NCBI RefSeq assembly: GCF_042660085.1
Contig: NZ_JBHSTI010000008.1
Location: 1,719,876 to 1,751,875 of the forward strand
Reading direction: 5' to 3'
Origin: Longivirga aurantiaca
Lineage (GTDB): Bacteria > Actinomycetota > Actinomycetes > S36-B12 > CAIYMF01
DNA: 32,000 bases
The stretch's first letter is position 1; the number at the start of each line of letters is the position of its first letter. A program made the translations under genes and the position numbers. Positions 24,273 through 32,000 of the stretch are shown here, one piece after another. Under the pieces are notes generated by a model. That model saw only the letters and a list, made by a program, of their open reading frames with translations. It made no database searches and was not told the DNA's origin.

Positions 24273-24312
24273 GGTAGTGACATCTCGCGCTCTGCCGCGA
24301 GATTCCACTACC
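24273..24312. terminator. Bidirectional hairpin between the convergent GNAT and pyrF genes (17-nt arms with 2 mismatches, 6-nt loop)
   Basis: ggtagtgacatctcgcg / ctctgc / cgcgagattccactacc. Relatively AT-rich. The 3' arm includes the pyrF stop codon (24310..24308). Confidence 0.6.
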
Positions 24313-25000
24313 GAATCGTCAGCGAGGCGGCTATCTGGGCGGCAGCAGCGGCGACGTCGGGGGCGCCGGTGATCGGGCGGCCGATCACGAGGAGGTCGGC
24401 GCCGTCGGCGAGCGCCTGCTCGGGCGTGGCGACGCGCTGCTGGTCGCCGAGCGCGGCGCCGGCCGGGCGGACACCGGGCGTGATGAGCACGACGTCGCGC
24501 GGAACCTCGGCGCGGATCGCCGCGACCTCCTGCGGCGAGCAGACGATCGCGCGCGCGCCGGCGCCCACCGCGAGCAGCGCGAGGCGGCGGGCGGCATCGA
24601 TCGCCGGACCGAGCAGACCGACGGCGGCGAGATCGTCCTCGCTCATCGACGTGAGCACGGTGACGGCGGTGACGCGGGTGTCGGGCAGCGCATCGGCGGC
24701 CGCGCGCACCATCGCCGCTCCCCCGGACGCGTGGACGGTGAGGTACGTCGGCGCCAGGTGCGCCACCGAGCGCGCCGCTCCGCCGACGGTGTTGGGGATG
24801 TCGTGCAGCTTGAGGTCGAGGAACACGTCGCGACCGCCGGACGCGTCGCGCGCGGCGTGCACCGCGGCGTCGCCGTCGCGGAGGTAGGTCTCGAGACCGA
24901 CCTTCATCGTCGAGACGTACGGGCCGGCCGCTGCCGCCCAGCCGGTGATGGTCGCGAGGTCTGGCCCGTCGAGCGCGACGGCCACCGGCGCGAGGGTCAC
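24308..25000 (-). CDS. pyrF: Orotidine 5'-phosphate decarboxylase
   Basis: Inside track ORF 24308..25750. GTG 25000 (VTLAPVAVALDGPDL...) overlaps the pyrD stop (GTGA). Motifs FLDLKLHDIPNTV, LTVHASGG, VIGRPIT. Confidence 0.94.
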   Translation of the reverse strand: MTLAPVAVALDGPDLATITGWAAAAGPYVSTMKVGLETYLRDGDAAVHAARDASGGRDVFLDLKLHDIPNTVGGAARSVAHLAPTYLTVHASGGAAMVRAAADALPDTRVTAVTVLTSMSEDDLAAVGLLGPAIDAARRLALLAVGAGARAIVCSPQEVAAIRAEVPRDVVLITPGVRPAGAALGDQQRVATPEQALADGADLLVIGRPITGAPDVAAAAAQIAASLTIR

Positions 25001-26067
25001 CCCTCCACCCCCGCCTCGATCGCGTCGTCCGCGGTGCCGGTCTCGTCGTGGTCGACCACGGGGCCGCCGGGCGAGGGAGCGGGGTCGGGCAGGCGGTGCG
25101 CGTAGCCGACGGCGTCCGAGAGGCTGTCGAAGCCCCGGTCGGCGAGGGCCACCGCGAGCTCGCGCGAGACGCGCAGCGGTGCCGACGGGTCGTGGAAGGT
25201 CACGGTGCCGACCGACACGGCCGAGGCGCCGGCGAGGATGAACTCGAGGGCGTCGAGCCCGGTGCGGATGCCGCCCATCCCCAGGATCGGGATGTCGGGC
25301 ATGGCTGCGCGCACCTGGTAGACGCAGCGGACGGCCACGGGGCGGATCGCCGGGCCGGACAGGCCGCCGGTGACTCCGGCGAGTGCCGGGCGCATCGTGT
25401 CGGTGTCGATCACCATTCCGAGCAGCGTGTTGATCATCGACAGGCCGTCGGCGCCGGCCTTCACCACGGCCTGGGCGATCTCGACGATGTCGGTGACATC
25501 GGGAGAGAGCTTGGCGAGCACCGGGATCCCCGGGTTGGTGTTGCGGCGGACCGCGGTGATGACCTCGGCGGCCGACACCGGGTGGCAGGCGAAGACCTGA
25601 CCGCGGCTCTCGACGTTGGGGCACGAGATGTTGACCTCGATGGCCGCGATGTCGGTGACGTGCCGCAGCTTGGAGGCGATGCGGGTGTACTCGTCGACCG
25701 AGCCGCCGGCGATCGACACGATCGCGCGGGCGCCACGCTCGCGCAGCCACGCGAGGTCCTTGTCGAGGAACGCCTCGAGGCCCGGGCCCTGCAGGCCGAT
25801 CGAGTTGAGCATCCCGCTCGGCGTCTCGGCCATGCGCGGGGTGGGGCGCCCCGAGCGCGGGTTGAGCATGATGCTCTTGGTGACGATCCCACCGATCTCG
25901 GTGATGTCGAAGAACTGGTCGAGCTCCTTGCCCGCGGCCGAGCAGCCGGACGCCGTCAGCACCGGCGACGGCAGCGCGAGGCCGGCGAGGTCGGTGCTCA
26001 TGTCGATGTCGGGCAGGTCGGTGAACGAGCCCGGACGGGGCCCGTGGGTGATCACGGCGCGCGTCAT
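24997..26067 (-). CDS. pyrD: Dihydroorotate dehydrogenase, class 1B catalytic subunit
   Basis: Inside track ORF 24997..26676. ATG 26067 has GGAGG 7 nt upstream and overlaps the pyrK stop. Motifs ASGCSAAGKE, ETPSGMLNSIGLQGPG, NISCPNV, GGLSGPAIRPVA, GMGGI. About 35-aa acidic C-terminal extension. Confidence 0.93.
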   Translation of the reverse strand: MTRAVITHGPRPGSFTDLPDIDMSTDLAGLALPSPVLTASGCSAAGKELDQFFDITEIGGIVTKSIMLNPRSGRPTPRMAETPSGMLNSIGLQGPGLEAFLDKDLAWLRERGARAIVSIAGGSVDEYTRIASKLRHVTDIAAIEVNISCPNVESRGQVFACHPVSAAEVITAVRRNTNPGIPVLAKLSPDVTDIVEIAQAVVKAGADGLSMINTLLGMVIDTDTMRPALAGVTGGLSGPAIRPVAVRCVYQVRAAMPDIPILGMGGIRTGLDALEFILAGASAVSVGTVTFHDPSAPLRVSRELAVALADRGFDSLSDAVGYAHRLPDPAPSPGGPVVDHDETGTADDAIEAGVEG

Positions 26068-26941
26068 CAGTGGCCTCCGACCTGGGGTGCGCCCAGCGTG
26101 TCGGGCGGGATGGTGCCCACCTCGTCCCAGCGCACGCGGTCGCCGCGGAAGACCGGGCCCTCGACGCACGAGCGCAGCATGCGGGTGACGCCGTCGTCGC
26201 CGATCACCGGCAGGACGCACGTCATGCAGATGCCGATCCCGCAGGCCATGGCCTCCTCGACCGCGCACTGCGAGTGCGCGCCCTGTGCCGCCGCGACCTC
26301 GGCCACCGAGCGCAGCATCGCCATGGGGCCGCAGGCGTACACGACGTCGGCGTCCACCCGCTCCATGACGGCGGGCAGGACGTCGGTCACGCGGCCCTTC
26401 TCGCCGAGCGAACCGTCGTCGGTGGTGATGGTGAGGGTGGCGGCGATGCGCTTGGCGTCGAGGACGCCGAACAGCTTGCTCTCGGTCGAGGCGCCGAGCA
26501 CGACGTCGACGCGGCAGCCGCGGGCGCGCAGCTGGTCGGCGAGCATGAACATCGGGGCCGAGCCGTAGCCGCCGGCGACGAGCACGCACGACACCGGCTG
26601 CTTCGGCAGTGCGAACGGACGGCCCAGCGGGCCGACGACGTCGACCTGGTCGCCGCGGTGCAGCTTGGACAGCCACTCGGTGCCCTTGCCGTGGGTCGCG
26701 AACACGACCTCGACCGTGCCGCCGTACACGCCGCGGCTCTGCACCGAGTGGATGGAGAACGCACGACGCAGCAGCATCGACGAGCTGGGCCCGCCCACCG
26801 CCAGCGCCACGAAGTGGCCGGGGCGCGTCGCCTCGGGGATGCCCGGGGCGGTCAGGGTGAGCACCTGGTACTCCCCCACGCGGCGGAGCCCGAGCACCTC
26901 GCCCATGACCTGGACCGGGCCCGTCTTCGCCTGTGCCGTCG

Positions 26942-26945
<4 letters not shown>
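26067..26945 (-). CDS. pyrK: Dihydroorotate dehydrogenase electron-transfer subunit (FAD / 2Fe-2S)
   Basis: Inside track ORF 26067..27113. ATG 26945 overlaps the carB stop (ATGA). Motifs RRAFSI (FAD), [12 protein letters not shown], and the C-terminal cluster [11 protein letters not shown]...C. Confidence 0.9.
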
Positions 26946-30275
<3,330 letters not shown>

Positions 30276-30289
<14 letters not shown>

Positions 30290-31418
30290 GAGCGGCCTCC
30301 ATCAGGTCGCAGAAACGGTCGAACAGGTACGCCGAGTCGTGCGGACCGGCGGCGGCCTCCGGGTGGTACTGCACCGAGAAGGCGGGGAGGTCGAGCGCGC
30401 GCAGGCCCTCGACGACGTCGTCGTTGAGGCACACGTGGCTGACCTCGACCCGGCCGTACGGCGTGTCGCTCACGCGGTCGGTCGGCGCGTCGACGGCGAA
30501 GCCGTGGTTCTGCGCGGTGATCTCGACCTTGCCGGTGGTGCGGTCCATCACCGGCACGTTGATGCCGCGGTGGCCGTAGCGCAGCTTGTAGGTGCCGAAG
30601 CCGAAGGCGCGGCCGAGCACCTGGTTGCCGAAGCAGATCCCGAACACCGGGCGGCGCGCGTCGAGCGCGGCCTTCACGAGGTCGACCGCGTGGTCGGCGG
30701 TGGCCGGGTCGCCGGGGCCGTTGCTGAAGAAGACGCCGTCGACCCCGACCTCGAGCAGCCGCTCGGGCGTGATGGTGGAGGGCACGACGTGCACCTCGAT
30801 GCCGCGCTCGGCCATGTGCCGCGGGGTCGCGCCCTTGATGCCGAGGTCGACCGCCGCGACGGTGAAGCGCTTCTCCCCCACCGCAGGGATGACCTCGTCG
30901 ACGTCGGTGCTGACCTCGTCGGCCAGCGCCGCACCGACCATCTGCGGGCTCGCGTGCACCTGGGCGAGCAGCTCGTCGACGGGGCGCTCGGCGGCCGCGC
31001 CGCTGAAGACGCCGACGCGCATCGCGCCGCGCTCGCGCAGGTGGCGGGTGAGCGCGCGGGTGTCGACGTCGCTGATGCCGACGATCCCCTGCGCCTCGAG
31101 CTCCTCGTCGAGGGTGCGCTCGCTGCGCCAGTTCGACGCGATGCGGGAGGGGTCGCGCACGACGTACCCGGCCACCCAGATCCGCCGCGACTCGGCGTCG
31201 GCGTCGTTCACGCCGTAGTTGCCGATGTGCGGAGAGGTCTGCACGACCACCTGGCGGTGGTACGACGGGTCGGTGATCGTCTCCTGGTAGCCGGACATGC
31301 CCGTGGTGAACACGGCCTCGCCGAACGTCTCGCCGACGGCGCCGTACGAGCGGCCGCGGAAGACCCGGCCGTCCTCGAGCACCAGCAGCGCCGGTGCGGC
31401 ATCGAGCACCCCGGTCAT
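30276..31418 (-). CDS. carA: Carbamoyl-phosphate synthase small (glutamine amidotransferase) subunit
   Basis: Inside track ORF 30276..31784. ATG 31418 ([27 protein letters not shown]...) overlaps the pyrC stop (ATGA). Motifs GICFGNQ and FSVQYHPEA. Confidence 0.96.
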
Positions 31419-32000
31419 GAACCCACCACCTCGGTCTTCGCGGACCGCACGGCCCCGTCGAGCAACGTCGGGCGGCCGCGCAGGAACGTGGCGACCACCG
31501 AGGCCGGCAGCGTGATGCCGGCGTAGGGCGTGTTGCGGCTGCGGCTCTGCAGCGCGGTCGCCTCGACCACGTGCTCGCGCGCCGGGTCGACCAGTACGAG
31601 GTTGGCCGGCTCCCCTGCGGCGAGCGGCCGCCCGTGGCCGGCGAGCCGGCCGATCCGCGCGGGCGCGATCGACATGCGGTCGGCGACCCCGGCCCAGTCG
31701 AGCAGCCCCGTCTCGACCATGGCGGAGGCGACGACGCCGAGCGCGGTCTCGAGGCCGAGCATGCCCATGGCAGCCTCGGCCCACTCGCAGTCCTTGTCCT
31801 CGACCGGGTGCGGGGCGTGGTCGGTGGCGACGATGTCGATCGTGCCGTCGGCCAGCGCCTCGCGCAGGGCGAGCACGTCGCGCTCGGAGCGCAGCGGCGG
31901 GTTGACCTTGTAGACCGGGTCGTACGACCGCACGAGCTCCTCGGTGAGCAGCAGGTGGTGCGGCGTGACCTCGGCCGTGACGTCGATGCCCCGGGACTTG
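31415..32000 (-). CDS. pyrC: Dihydroorotase (C-terminal part; the gene continues beyond the right edge)
   Basis: The frame is open to position 32000 (...[40 protein letters not shown]...[11 protein letters not shown]...). Confidence 0.93.
   Translation of the reverse strand, partial: KSRGIDVTAEVTPHHLLLTEELVRSYDPVYKVNPPLRSERDVLALREALADGTIDIVATDHAPHPVEDKDCEWAEAAMGMLGLETALGVVASAMVETGLLDWAGVADRMSIAPARIGRLAGHGRPLAAGEPANLVLVDPAREHVVEATALQSRSRNTPYAGITLPASVVATFLRGRPTLLDGAVRSAKTEVVGS

Overview
Very GC-rich, actinobacterial-type chromosomal window (gene order resembles Nocardioides, Streptomyces and Mycobacterium core regions). It is almost entirely conserved housekeeping operons on the minus strand. 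From high to low coordinates: pyrC(partial)-carA-carB-pyrK-pyrD-pyrF; a small variable block of four short genes; mihF-gmk-rpoZ-coaBC-metK-GNAT-priA-def-fmt-rsmB; one plus-strand GGDEF diguanylate cyclase; rpe; an FMN riboswitch followed by ribD-ribE-ribBA-ribH-hisE-hisG; an SseB-like gene; aqpZ; infC-rpmI-rplT-trmH-family methyltransferase; and two tandem paralogs of an uncharacterised HxD...H protein at the left edge. Many junctions are 1-4 nt start/stop overlaps (ATGA, GTGA, TGATG), which indicates translational coupling. I found no tRNA or rRNA genes, CRISPR arrays, IS or phage genes, or recognisable defence or toxin modules. I do not see convincing evidence of a novel multi-gene system. 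The least explained loci are the tandem paralogs with a shared AT-rich upstream motif (1..1414) and the four small orphan genes between pyrF and mihF (22399..24262). Also unexplained are the long structured region upstream of infC, two probable non-canonical start codons (ATC for infC, CTG for gmk), and the diguanylate cyclase sitting inside the normally contiguous rsmB-rpe pair. Most long ORFs in the supplied track are high-GC artefacts in wrong frames or antisense to real genes. All family assignments come from motif recognition by eye; no database search was possible.
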